From positions 96,001 through 160,000 of the forward strand of contig CAVVKJ010000008.1 of NCBI GenBank assembly GCA_963748815.1: a DNA stretch of 64,000 nucleotides, read 5' to 3'. The stretch comes from an uncultured Gemmatimonadales bacterium (GTDB lineage Bacteria; Gemmatimonadota; Gemmatimonadetes; Gemmatimonadales; GWC2-71-9). The notes beneath the pieces are model-generated. The model was not told where the DNA came from and ran no database searches. It saw only the letters and a program-made list of their open reading frames with translations. Position numbers and translations under genes: made by a program. Positions 37,612 through 47,670 of this stretch are shown one piece after another (positions within the stretch are counted from its first letter, which is position 1; each line of letters opens with the position of its first letter).

Positions 37612-39181
37612 GACGATTCCTCACGAGGACGGAGGGGTCCGGGACGACGGAGTCGAGCACCCGCGCCGAGGAGAGCACTCCGGGCACTCCGGCGCCGGGA
37701 TGGGTGCCAGCGCCGACCAGGTACAGCCCCTCGATTTCTTCGGACTCGTTGTGGGGCCGAAACCACGCGCTTTGGGTGAGTACCGGTTCGAGGCTGAAGC
37801 CGGCGCCGTGGACGCTCAGCAGCTCGTCCCGAAAGGTCTGCGGCGTCGTGACGCGCGACGTCACCAGATGCGTGTTCAGTCCCGGCAGCACCGTGGCGTC
37901 CAGGTAGTCGGCGATCTTCTGGCGATAGGCCTCGGCCTCGGTCCGCCAGTCGGTCGCGCCCAGCAGGTTGGGGACCGGCGACAGGACGTAGAAGCCGTCG
38001 CAACCGGGGGGCGCCAAGTGACGGGTCCGTCGCGGTGGGGCGGTGCAGATAGAGACTGAAGTCGTCGGCGAGGCTCCGACGGTCGAAGATGTCCTGCAAG
38101 AGGCCCCGGTACCGCGGGCCCAGGAGAATCGAGTGGTGGGGCACGTCGGGGTAGAGGCGGTCGGTGCCGAAATACCACACGAACAATCCCATGGAGTATC
38201 GCGCGCGCGTGAGCCGCCGGTCGGTCCAGCGGGTGCGATCCTCGGCATCCCGCAGCAGGCGCTGATAGGTCCACGCCGCGTCGGCGTTGGACACCACGAT
38301 ATCGGCGTCGATCGTCTCCCCGTCTTCCAGGCGCACGCCGGTGGCGCGGCCGTCCGCGCTGAGAATGCGATCGACCGTTCGCCCCGTACCGAACCCGCCC
38401 GCCCGCCGATTCGACCAGCCGGACCAGGCCCTGCACCAGGGCTCCCGTCCCGCCCGATCGGGAAGCGGACCCCCCACTTCCGCTCCAGGAAGGCGATCAG
38501 GATATAGATGGACGTCGTCGTGAGGGGGTTGCCGCCCACCAGGAGGGGGTGGAAGCTGAACACCGTCCGCAGGCGCTCGTTCTTCACGAATTGGGAGACG
38601 TACCCGAGCACCGAGCGATAGCTCTCCAACTGGACCATCTGCGGGACGATGCGCGCCATGTCGCCAAGACGACCAAACGGCACGTGGGCCAGCTGCTCGA
38701 ATCCGATCCCGAAGATCCGTTCGCTCGCCTCGACGAGGGCTTCATACCCCGGGACGTCCTCCGGCGCGAACCGGGCGACTTCCCGGCGCATCGCCTCCGC
38801 CGACCCGGTGTACTCGAAGGTCTCGCCGTCGTCGAACCGGATCCGGTAGAACGGAGCCACGGGCCGGAGGTCGATTTCGTCCTCCATCCGGCGGCCGCAG
38901 AGCTGCCACAGTTCCTCCAGGAGAAACGGGGCGGTGATGACGGTCGGCCCGGCGTCGAAGGTGAAGCCGTCTTGCCGGTGCACGCGGGCACGCCCACCGG
39001 GTTGGTCCAGCCGCTCGAGGATGGTGACCCGATACCCGCGCACGCCGAGTCGTATCGCCGCGGCGAGCCCGCCAAAACCCGAACCAATCACCACGGCGTG
39101 CGGCCGATCCTGCTGGTCGCGGTCCCTGGAGCGGGGCAGGCGGCCGGCCCCCGCGATCGGCGCGACGCCAGTGGCCATCAT
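37598..39181 (-). CDS. crtI: Phytoene desaturase, with internal frameshifts at about 38010-38460
   Basis: VIGSGFGGLAAA FAD motif, FDAGPTVIT, QSAWFRPHN and LVGAGTHPGAGVPGV; the middle segment is in ORF 37461-38477. Confidence 0.92.
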   Translation of the reverse strand: MMATGVAPIAGAGRLPRSRDRDQQDRPHAVVIGSGFGGLAAAIRLGVRGYRVTILERLDQPGGRARVHRQDGFTFDAGPTVITAPFLLEELWQLCGRRMEDEIDLRPVAPFYRIRFDDGETFEYTGSAEAMRREVARFAPEDVPGYEALVEASERIFGIGFEQLAHVPFGRLGDMARIVPQMVQLESYRSVLGYVSQFVKNERLRTVFSFHPLLVGGNPLTTTSIYILIAFLERKWGVRFPIGRDGSPGAGPGPAGRIGGRAGSVRGERSIAFSARTAAPPACAWKTGRRSTPISWCPTPTRRGPISACCGMPRIAPAGPTGGSRARDTPWDCSCGISAPTASTPTCPTTRFSWARGTGASCRTSSTVGASPTTSVSICTAPPRRTRHLAPPGCDGFYVLSPVPNLLGATDWRTEAEAYRQKIADYLDATVLPGLNTHLVTSRVTTPQTFRDELLSVHGAGFSLEPVLTQSAWFRPHNESEEIEGLYLVGAGTHPGAGVPGVLSSARVLDSVVPDPSVLVRNRHGSR

Positions 39182-39738
39182 GGCGTGGCCTCGACCGTCA
39201 GCGCCCGCCGCACGGCCTGCGCCCGAAAATCAAAAATGGCATCCAGCTGCCGACGGACGAGGGTGCGCACCGGGCGGGCGAGGGGGCCAAGCGCCGGCAG
39301 GCGATACCAGACCCGATCGGTGACGGTCGTGCCTCCCGTCGTCTCGCGGAACTCGTGTTCGTGAAGCCAGAACCGGTAGGGGCCGCGCAGCTGAAGATCG
39401 GCGAAGCGGTGGGGGGGCTCCCAGTCGAGGATGCGTGTTCTCCACCGCATGGGGATACCGTGCAGGCGGATGCGATAATCGATCAGGGTCCCGGCCTGCA
39501 TGTGGACCGGTCGGGGGCTGGTGATCTCGAACTGGAGGTCCGGCGGCGTTATCTGGCCGAGGTTTTCCGCGTGCGAGAAGAACTCGAATACCGCGGATCG
39601 TGGCGCCGGCAGGAACAGCCTCCGTTCGAGCGACATGGTTCCGGGTGGGAACCCGGCCAATCCAGAGCTGCCGGCGGAAGATTCCGCGTGGGCCACAGCC
39701 CCATCCACCGCAAAGCTGCCGTTCATGTGGCCCTCCAT
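39178..39738 (-). CDS. SRPBCC (START-like) family protein, first gene of the crt operon
   Basis: VFEFFS..ENL..ITPP, W.TRI..W.PP.RF.D.Q.RGPY..W.HEH.F. Confidence 0.88.
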   Translation of the reverse strand: MEGHMNGSFAVDGAVAHAESSAGSSGLAGFPPGTMSLERRLFLPAPRSAVFEFFSHAENLGQITPPDLQFEITSPRPVHMQAGTLIDYRIRLHGIPMRWRTRILDWEPPHRFADLQLRGPYRFWLHEHEFRETTGGTTVTDRVWYRLPALGPLARPVRTLVRRQLDAIFDFRAQAVRRALTVEATP

Positions 39739-39743
39739 CGAAT

Positions 39744-39850
39744 ATTATATGTCTAACTACTGTCTTATAAAGATAGCTGATAATTCAAGCATGTCAATGT
39801 ATTGTATAAGATTGATATTTGACAATGTATAGACGCCCCAGCATCTTGCA
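39744..39850. promoter_or_regulatory. Divergent crt/carH promoters with CarH-type operator repeats
   Basis: AT-rich; TGTCTA/TGTCTT at 39750/39761, TGTCAA/TGTATA at 39792/39803, TTGACA/TAGACG at 39819/39830 (11-bp spacing in each pair). Confidence 0.75.
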
Positions 39851-39855
39851 GGGCG

Positions 39856-40803
39856 ATGAACGATCCCCACGAAATCCCCAGGCATCCGGTCCGCGTGGTT
39901 TCCCAGCGAACGGGTCTCAGTCCCCACGTACTCCGGGCCTGGGAGCGGCGATATGGCGTCGTGAACCCCGGCCGGTCCGAAGGCGGGCGCCGGCTCTACA
40001 GCGACCACGACATCGAACGATTCAACCTGGTGCGACGCGCCACGGCCGCCGGCCACGCCATCGGGATGGTGGCCGGCCTTGATGCGGCGGCCTTGCGGGC
40101 CATGGTGATCGAAGTGGAAGGCGTCGGTCCGACGCCCGGTCGGACGGATGGGGAACTGGTGTCGGCAGAGGAAACGGTGTCCCTCTGCCTGCATTTTATT
40201 GAAGGGCTGGATGGGGCGAGCCTCGAGCGGACCCTTCGCCGCTCGGCCGTCGTACTCGGCGTCTGGGACCTGGTCCTCCAGGTGCTTGTGCCGTTGATCA
40301 GCGAGGTGGGCGAGCGATGGCACCGGGGTCGAATCAGTCCGGCCCACGAACATCTGGCCACCAGCGTGATCAGCCGAACACTGGCGTGGATCGTCGATTC
40401 CACGTCCCGTGAAGGGGCTGCCCCGGTCATGGTGGTGGCCACCCCCAGCGGAGAACCGCACGAGCTCGGCGCGATGCTCGCGGCGGCCGCCGCGGCAGCC
40501 GAAGGCTGGCGCGTGGTCTACCTCGGTCCCAGCCTGCCCGCCGAGGACATTGCCAACGCCGCCAAGCAGGTCGGGGCGACCTGTGTCGCCGTGAGTATCG
40601 TCTACCCGGCAGCTGCCCCGGACGCCGTCTCCCAGGTCGCCCGGCTGCGCGCGCTGCTTCCGCCGACCACCGCCGTTGTCGTCGGCGGCCCAGCCGACCC
40701 CGACACCGAAATGACGCCGGTGAACGGCGTGTACTTCCTTCGCGAGCTCGCGGAGCTGCCACACGTTCTCGAGACCCTGTCGTCCGACTCCGCGCCAGGG
40801 TAG
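39856..40803 (+). CDS. carH: CarH/LitR-type adenosylcobalamin-dependent photoreceptor repressor (MerR HTH + B12-binding domain)
   Basis: LRAWERRYG..P.RS.GGRRLY HTH; W-x9-EH (WHRGRISPAHEH) and ExHxxG (EPHELG) motifs; divergent from the crt genes. Confidence 0.92.
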   Translation: MNDPHEIPRHPVRVVSQRTGLSPHVLRAWERRYGVVNPGRSEGGRRLYSDHDIERFNLVRRATAAGHAIGMVAGLDAAALRAMVIEVEGVGPTPGRTDGELVSAEETVSLCLHFIEGLDGASLERTLRRSAVVLGVWDLVLQVLVPLISEVGERWHRGRISPAHEHLATSVISRTLAWIVDSTSREGAAPVMVVATPSGEPHELGAMLAAAAAAAEGWRVVYLGPSLPAEDIANAAKQVGATCVAVSIVYPAAAPDAVSQVARLRALLPPTTAVVVGGPADPDTEMTPVNGVYFLRELAELPHVLETLSSDSAPG

Positions 40804-40832
40804 GCCGCCGTCCCCGGCCTCGAATGCACACG

Positions 40833-40875
40833 AAAACGCCCGGCGATCGACCTGAGGTCAATCGCCGGGCGTTTT
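40833..40875. terminator. Bidirectional intrinsic terminator
   Basis: AAAACGCCCGGCGAT-N13-ATCGCCGGGCGTTTT. Confidence 0.9.
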
Positions 40876-40897
40876 GGCGTGCCGGTCCGGTGGCAGC

Positions 40898-41599
40898 CTA
40901 CTGAGGAATGGCCTGCAGGACGACTTCAAAGGTGTTGTTCGCCGGCGTGCCAACCGCGTACGCGGCATAAAAGGTCCCGGCCGTCAATTCCAGCGTCTGA
41001 TCGAAGACGTAGGTGCTGGTGGTGGTCGGCGCGATCGTGATGCGATACATCCCGGTGGCACCCAGGCCACCTCCGGCCTCGGCACCGTTCATCAGGTTGC
41101 TGAACGAGACCTCGCTTGGCGTCCCCACGTTCACCGCCACGTCGACGCCCCCGAAGTCCGCGGCGTGCCGGGCGAACACCTGCGGAGAGGAGGCGGCGAA
41201 TTCGTTGACGAACACCGACGCGGTTGGCGCGCCGCCGAGGGCCAGGTGCGCTACAATCGTCGCGTTCAGGCCCTCCGTCACCGGCACGTCCGCTGAGATC
41301 ACCGCCTGATTCCCGCACGGGGTGGCGGCGTTCGCCAGCGAGATGGCGATCGCGTAGGTGCCCGGCGCCAACGAGAGCGGGCCGGCGAACTCCTTGAATT
41401 CGAATCCCTGCAGGGTGCACGTCCCGTTCACCGAGACGTCGACCGGGAGCGCTGCCGTGGTGCCGAGATCAGTGCCGTTGATCCCGTGCAGGACGTACAC
41501 GGTTGCGTTGACCGGGGCAGGAGCGACCGGATCGTCGTCGCTGCACCCCGCCAACACCGCCGTCGCGAGCATGACTCCCGCCAGTGCCTTCCACTTCAT
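40898..41599 (-). CDS. DUF4397-like lipoprotein
   Basis: LAGC lipobox; VYVLHGING...PVDVSVNG and a second repeat ARHAA..GVDV.VN. Confidence 0.8.
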   Translation of the reverse strand: MKWKALAGVMLATAVLAGCSDDDPVAPAPVNATVYVLHGINGTDLGTTAALPVDVSVNGTCTLQGFEFKEFAGPLSLAPGTYAIAISLANAATPCGNQAVISADVPVTEGLNATIVAHLALGGAPTASVFVNEFAASSPQVFARHAADFGGVDVAVNVGTPSEVSFSNLMNGAEAGGGLGATGMYRITIAPTTTSTYVFDQTLELTAGTFYAAYAVGTPANNTFEVVLQAIPQ

Positions 41600-41652
41600 G
41601 ATGAGCCCCTCGAACAGATGGTTGGGTGGCCACACCCTCCGTGACCACGTGT

Positions 41653-41723
41653 TGTCTAACAATCGTATAGGATTATAGTGAATTGTCGCAGGTCTGTCAA
41701 GCATCTGTCTAATTTATTGTCAC
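41653..41723 (-). promoter_or_regulatory. Consensus sigma70 promoter overlapped by CarH-type repeats
   Basis: On the minus strand TTGACA (41695-41700)-N17-TATAAT (41672-41677); TGTC repeats at 41684, 41695 and 41706, and related hexamers at 41653 and 41664. Confidence 0.8.
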
Positions 41724-41982
41724 ACTTGACCTTGGCGGCACACGTGTTGGCTCGATGGGACCGACCGGTGGGATGCACGAAACAAGGGTGGGCAGGCGAT
41801 CAGAAGTGGCGCAGATCTGGATGGCGAGCTGTGGTGCGAGGTTGGCCGGCGCAAGTTGCGCGGCAACGACTTAGGTCATCTAGGAGGAGGAGCGTTGCCT
41901 TGAGTGGTGCCAGGATCGCGGGCGAGCCCCGAGGGCCCGTGCAGCGGAGACGGCGTTCGTCAGGCGCCGACCCGTGCCGGGC

Positions 41983-42493
41983 TCATCGCTTCCGCTTCCC
42001 CCCGACGCCGGGGAGGGCCGCGACCTGCTTCATCCACGCCACGATCTGGCGTTCGTCGAGGTCGGCTCCGGATTCGAGTTCCACGCCCCGCGTCGACTTG
42101 CCCATCGCCACCGGCGCCACCGGCGGGCACCGGCGTGAGCGCCGCGCCGTTGATGAACATGAGCTTGACGTGGTCGGCGAAGCCGCCGCAACAGAAGCAC
42201 CAGCCGTCGCCGACGCCATAGTAGGACATGCCCCACTTCACGGAGCGCTGCAGGCCGGGCAGCGTCTGGCCGCCAGGGCATCGACGCGTTCGGCGATGCC
42301 GCGCTGCGGCTGCGGCAGGCTGGCGATGTAGGCGAAGACCGGCTTGTCGCCGTCCGCCGCCTTCGCGGGGCTCGCTTTGCCGGTGAGCATGGATCTCCGG
42401 CAGCGTCGTGTCAGCCTTGCCGTGTGCCGTTGCGCGCTTGACCGGTTTCCGGCCGGCGGGTGCGGACGTCTTCTCGCTCTTGCGGGTGGGCAT
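41983..42493 (-). CDS. DUF1801 (YdhG-like) protein, frameshifted
   Basis: PGLQRSVKWGMSYYG...WCFCCGGFADHVKLMF.NGA and MGKSTRGVEL...IVAWMKQ in different frames. Confidence 0.7.
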
Positions 42494-42528
42494 GCTCGTT
42501 GCTCCTGTCTCCGAAGTGTTGTCGCGCG

Positions 42529-43021
42529 CTACTTCATCGCGAGCACGTGCTCCACGAACTGATCGACGGCCGATCTCGGTGCCCTGGTAGAAGCCCGACG
42601 CCTTGTTGGTCTCGAGGTCCGCTTCATTCCGGTGCAGCGCCGTGAAGACGTAGCGCGTGCCGGTTCCCACGGGTTCCATCGTCACGATGGCGGTGATCGG
42701 AATGTCGTCGAAGACCGCCGGACGGTAGCCGGGGAACAACATGGAGGTCCAGACCAGTCGCTCCATCGGAACGACCTCCAGGAAACAGCCGAGGTTGGGA
42801 GATCTCCGGGCCGTCTGCCGACGGCGATGTCGATGCTGAAGATGCCGCCCGGTCGCACGTCCATTTCGGCTCGCGCCACACGCCCCCAGGGCCTGGGCAT
42901 GTACCACTCCTTCAGGTGCTCCGGCTTCGTCAACGCCTCCCAGACGAGCCTCGTGGGGGCGTCGATGAACCGTTCGATGGCGAAATCAAGCTTGCGGATT
43001 GAAGGTCGCGGGCGTGCTCAT
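42529..43021 (-). CDS. SRPBCC/AHSA1-like protein, frameshifted
   Basis: IDAP..LVWEALT.PEHLKEWYMPRPW, DVRPGG and FLEVVP.ERLVWT. Confidence 0.8.
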
Positions 43022-43377
43022 GACTCTGATTCCTTTGCCTTGAGGTCGTTGACGTATTGGTCGAACCGGTCCAGCCGGGCTTCCCACAACTGGCGACGCG
43101 CGGTCAGCCAGTCATCGACGACCTTGAACCGTTCGGGTGCGATTTCGTAGGTCCGCACGCGCCCGCGCTTGGTCGACCGCACCAGCCGGCTCCGCTCGAG
43201 CACGGAGAGGTGCTGCACAAACGACGGGAGTTGCATGTCGAACGGTGCCGCCAGTTCGCTGACGGTGGCCGGTCCGACAGACAGTCGCTCCAGGACTTTC
43301 CGCCGAGTCGGGTTGGCCAGGGCATGAAAGGCTGCGTCCGCGGCGGCGCGTTGGGCCATGTCCGACATCATCCCCAT
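43018..43377 (-). CDS. ArsR/SmtB-family regulator
   Basis: FHALANPTRRKVL.RL..GPATVSELA...QHLSVLE...K.GRVR. Confidence 0.92.
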   Translation of the reverse strand: MGMMSDMAQRAAADAAFHALANPTRRKVLERLSVGPATVSELAAPFDMQLPSFVQHLSVLERSRLVRSTKRGRVRTYEIAPERFKVVDDWLTARRQLWEARLDRFDQYVNDLKAKESES

Positions 43378-43404
43378 GCGTGGGTTGACCGAGCTGACTG
43401 AAGG

Positions 43405-43446
43405 ATTCTACAAGCGCATCATACTTCTGTCAATACCTAAGTATTG
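43405..43446 (-). promoter_or_regulatory. ArsR operon promoter with an overlapping palindrome
   Basis: Minus-strand TTGACA (43428-43433)-N17-TAGAAT (43405-43410); CAATAC-CTAA-GTATTG inverted repeat at 43431-43446. Confidence 0.7.
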
Positions 43447-43655
43447 TCTGGCTTGAGGCACCCGTCGCCGCGCCGGAACAGGCACTCCGGCGAGCACGGC
43501 CTATCCAGCGCCGGTGGCTGGCAATGGGCGCGCTTGCGGCGGGAGCCATCGCGCCTGATACTGAATGCGAGGTCGCGCGGCGGCTGCCGCGAGCGCCCTC
43601 GCAGCGGATGCGCCATTCGTTCGGCCCGAGTGCCGTCATGGAAGAGAGGTCCGCG

Positions 43656-44222
43656 ATGCCTTCCCCACCCGACCTGCGCGAGACCATCCTGTCCGCCTGG
43701 CAGACCACTAGTCGGCTCACGCTCTATTTCGTGGAGCAGTTGCCGCCCGACCTCTGGGTCGCCTCCCTGCCAGGGGCACCGCGCCGCACGGTCCGCATGA
43801 TCGCCGGCCACATCCACAACGCGCGGTGCATGTGGATCAGGACCCTCGGCGTGCCCCACGGCCAACCCGTGCCAGCCTCGGTTGATCGGCGGAGGATCAC
43901 AGCCAGGCAGCTCCTGCCCGCCCTCCGACGCAGCGGGAACGGGATCGCCCATCTCCTGCAACTCGGCTGTGATCACGGTGGGAATATCCCGGCGACCCGG
44001 TCCTATCGGTGGCGCAATCTTCCACTGGACGTCGGGCACGTCCTCAGCTATTTCGTCGCCCACGAGGCGCATCACCGGGGACAGGTCGTGCTGGCGGCCC
44101 GGGCCCTTGGGCATCGCCTCCCACGCGAGGTCACCGCCGGCTTGTGGCAGTGGTCACGGCGTGCGGCCGAGGCCACGACACTCAGCGCGCGCTCACGCGC
44201 CACTCCTTCGTCTGGCGGCTGA
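43656..44222 (+). CDS. DinB-family protein
   Basis: AGHIHNAR..W and YFVAHEAHHRGQ His triad. Confidence 0.85.
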   Translation: MPSPPDLRETILSAWQTTSRLTLYFVEQLPPDLWVASLPGAPRRTVRMIAGHIHNARCMWIRTLGVPHGQPVPASVDRRRITARQLLPALRRSGNGIAHLLQLGCDHGGNIPATRSYRWRNLPLDVGHVLSYFVAHEAHHRGQVVLAARALGHRLPREVTAGLWQWSRRAAEATTLSARSRATPSSGG

Positions 44223-44238
44223 ACACCAGGGGGCAACG

Positions 44239-44643
44239 ATGGCAAGGATCACCGGAATCGGCGGCGTCTTCTTCAAGAGCACCGGCGACCACGCCGCACT
44301 GGCGGCCTGGTATCAGGCGCACCTGGGCCTGGCGCTGGAAGACTTTGGCGGCGCCATCCTCAAATGGCCGGACGACAAGGCCGATGATGACGGCCTGACA
44401 GTCTGGCACGTCGCCCAGAAGGACAGCGAGTGGTTCAGCCCAAGCCAGTCGTCGTTCATGATCAACTACCGGGTCGATAACCTCGGCGAGATGCTGGAGC
44501 AGCTGCGCGCGGGCGGCGTGGAGGTCATCCAGGGACCCGAATCCCACGAGAACGGCAAGTTTGCGTGGATCATGGACCCCGATGGCAACAAGGTCGAGCT
44601 CTGGGAGCCGATGCGCTGGGACGACAAGAACAAGGGCGCGTGA
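44239..44643 (+). CDS. VOC/glyoxalase family protein
   Basis: ITGIGGVFFKS, FMINYRVD and GKFAWIMDPDGNKVELWEP. Confidence 0.92.
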   Translation: MARITGIGGVFFKSTGDHAALAAWYQAHLGLALEDFGGAILKWPDDKADDDGLTVWHVAQKDSEWFSPSQSSFMINYRVDNLGEMLEQLRAGGVEVIQGPESHENGKFAWIMDPDGNKVELWEPMRWDDKNKGA

Positions 44644-45155
44644 GCACGATCTCCGGCGCCGAGCGCGCGTGGCGTCGCGCATTGACGGTGGCGCTGGCAC
44701 TCTACAGCGTCTGGTACCTGCGGACCCCCGATCGGTACCACCTGCTCGACGCCGTCGACCTGCCGATCCACGAGACAGGCCACCTGGTGTTCGCCTGGGG
44801 CGGAGACGTCCTCGCGGCCCTTGGCGGGACGCTGTTGCAGCTGCTCATGCCGCTGGCCTTCGTGGTCTACTTCTGGCGCCGTGGCGACCGCCACGCTGCC
44901 AGCATCCCGCTCTGGTGGACGGGACAGAACTGCTGGAACATCGCCCGCTACGTCGCCGACGCCCGGGCCATGGAATTGCCGCTGGTCGGCGGCGGGGAGC
45001 ATGACTGGAACTACCTCCTGAGCGAGTGGGGTGTGCTCAACCGCGACGCGCTCATTGCCCGTGACATCCGGTTCGTCGGCACCGTGCTCGCGATCGCCGC
45101 CCTCTGGATCGGCTGGCAGGCGCTGCGGGCCCCACCTCCGCCCGAGCCGCGTTGA
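44640..45155 (+). CDS. Membrane protein with an HExxH motif (M50-like)
   Basis: LPIHETGHLVF, ALGGT, YVADA and HDWNYLL. Confidence 0.75.
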   Translation: MSTISGAERAWRRALTVALALYSVWYLRTPDRYHLLDAVDLPIHETGHLVFAWGGDVLAALGGTLLQLLMPLAFVVYFWRRGDRHAASIPLWWTGQNCWNIARYVADARAMELPLVGGGEHDWNYLLSEWGVLNRDALIARDIRFVGTVLAIAALWIGWQALRAPPPPEPR

Positions 45156-45237
45156 GCCTGCCAGCACTGAAACGACTGAGGCCCTCCTGTCGGAGGGCCT
45201 CGGTCGTGGGACTGCCGGAGTTTCGGCGAATCCGCGG

Positions 45238-46184
45238 TCAGGGCTGTACCACCCGCGACCAGGTCGAGTCCGGGTTGTAGAGCTCCATCGTGCGGAAGGC
45301 CTCCAGCGTCGTCTCGCCCAGGTCCTTCTCGTATACCACCCCTTCCCAGCTCACGATGAAGGTCTGGATGCCGGTAACCCCATACTCCGCCGGCGCGGCG
45401 ACGAGGGCGAAGCCGCCGATCATCGCTCCTTCGACCATGAAGTTCATCGCCCCAATCGGCGCGTCGGGCCCCTGGCCCTTGAGGACCTTGTAGTAGTAGC
45501 CGTGGAACGGCTGACTGCGATCGGTGTAGCCCTCGGCGATGACGCGGGCGATGTTCTCGCCGACCGGACCCTCCCAGGTGCCGTCCGCGGCCTGCCACGC
45601 CAGGCCGTCCTGTGTGCCAGGCGTGCTGATGATGCGCTGCGCGTACTGATTGAGGAGCGATCCATCGTGCCGCACGAGCGCATACTCGCGCTCCGCCTCG
45701 ACGAAGCCGAGGCACACCGTGATCGCGTCGAGTTCGTTCTGCCCGATCCGCCGGCGCAGGATCTCTTCCTTCCCCGCCGCGGCATCGAAGTACCAGGCGC
45801 CGTTGCGCTCGACGATCGGGATTGGCATCGGCCAATCCTCGGCACCGACGTTGAGCACGGCGCTCGTGTGCGCGGAATCGAACTCGAGCCGCTGCTGCAC
45901 CCGCGCCTCCGCCGCGAAGGCGGCGGCATTGTTGCGGTCCAGGACGGTGTCGGCGGTCGCCACCAGCGGCTCCCCGTCCGGGCCGAGGATCGCCTTCAAT
46001 TCCGGCACGTCGAACCGCTCCGCCGCGGCGACGAGCGCGGTCACCGCCTCCTCGGGACGTCGCGAAGGTCCGCTCCGGCACCGATGGAAGCGGGGCCCTT
46101 CTGGTCGCCGCACGCCGAGACGACGCCGCAGAGCGCGACCGCGAGGCCGAGCCGATAGGGGAATCCCATGGTCATGGTCCTCAT
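45238..46184 (-). CDS. DUF2950 family protein (frameshifts near 46050-46080)
   Basis: WPMPIPIV...W.FD..AG.EEIL.RRIGQNEL, PFHGYYYKVL and PAEYGVTGIQTF; the N-terminal lipoprotein signal is in another frame. Confidence 0.85.
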
Positions 46185-47522
46185 TAGCGGCGCCCTCCGC
46201 CACCCCGTGAGCCACCGCCCGCCACCTCGCGAGCCGCCATAACTGCTGCCGCCCATGCTCGACGCGCCACGCGAGCTGCTCGCCCGGGCACTCGAGCCGC
46301 TGTATCCACCCTGGCCGCCGCTGAACCCGCTCTGGCCGCCCTTCGAACTCGGCACATCACGACCGCCGACCTGGTTCCCGCCCGTCCCCTTCGCCGGCTG
46401 GGTGCTGGCGCTCGGAACCCGCGCGCTCCCGCCGCCTGCCTGGCCCGCGCCGCCGGCCGGCTTGGTGCTCGCGGTGGGAGCCCGTCCCCCCGCGCCTCCA
46501 GCCGGCTGGGTGCCCGCGCTGGGAGCCCGACCACCGGCGCCCCCCGCCTGGCCCGCGCCGCCCGCCGGTCGGGTGCTGGCGCTCGGGCTCCGTCCCCCTG
46601 CGCCGCCGGCCTGGCCGCCATACTTGTTGGCCGTCGAGTTGTTCGGGTAGGGCGTCCCGCCGCGATGCGACGGGTTGTGCTGCCAGTTGTTGTTGCCGCC
46701 GCCCCCGTTGTGGTTGATCTGGTTGAAATTGTTGTTGTTGTTGATGATGACCGTGTTGTTGCTGTGCCCCCAGCCGGCGTAGCAGCAGGAGCCCCCCCAG
46801 ACGGCCGACCTCCATACCACACCCACCGTGAAGGCGACCAGGTACGCGCCCGGCGGCGGCGGCGGCGGATAGTAAATGGGGGGATAGGGGTAATAGGCCG
46901 GCGGACCGTACACCACCGTCGGCGTGTATACCGGAACGTAGACCACCTCCGGATTGGTGGGCTGCACGACGATCACCGTCTGCTTTTCGACGACCTGGGT
47001 ATCGACCTTCTGCTGCTCGTTCGAGGCGAGAGCGCCGTTGGCCATGGCTTTCTTGCGCATCACCTGCACGGCGTCCATCACGTCGGTCTGCTGCGCGAGA
47101 AAGGCGTTGCCGAGCTCCGTGGTCCACTGGATGTCGTCGGCGAGCCGCTTGACCACGTCGGGGATCACCGCCATCGACTGGATGCTCGGGTCCCAGGGCT
47201 GCTTGGCCACAGAGTCGGCCAGCGCCTTGTCCTTGAGGTCGGGGTGCTTGGCCATCCACTGCTGCAGTTGGATGATTTCCAGCGGGTAGGTGGACGCGAC
47301 GAGGGTCTGGGCCAGGAGGGGATCGGGATAGAGGGCAATCGGGGCCACCAGCGCCTCGAGCTGCGCCATGGGGAGCTTGCCCGTGTCTGCGGTGGCGGCC
47401 GGCACCGCCGCAGGTTTGTCCTGTGCCGCAGCGGTGTCAGCGCCCAGCCCGAGGAGGCACACGCCGATGATCGACACGAACCACCGCCGTCGCGGTTGCC
47501 GCATATGGGCTCGAAACGCCAT
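46184..47522 (-). CDS. DUF3300 family protein with a Gly-rich repetitive tail (frameshift near 46220)
   Basis: LVAPIALYPDPLLAQ.L.ASTYP, WDPS, LG.AFL.QQ.DVMDAVQ and WQHNP.HR; TAATG coupling to DUF2950. Confidence 0.9.
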
Positions 47523-47670
47523 GGAATTCCTCACGATGCTGTTCCGGGTTGTCCCGCCGATTCTCCTGCGCGGCTGCTTGTCGCCTGCGCTCCGGGACAG
47601 GTGTACCTTAACGCACGAGAAGGCAATAGTGAAGAACGGTCCCTCGCCTGCGGAGCCTTCGGCCCCTCCC

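Noticed and set aside
35400..38460. Programmed ribosomal frameshifting in the crt genes
   Set aside because: Too many breaks per gene and no consistent slippery sites; indel errors or decay are more parsimonious.
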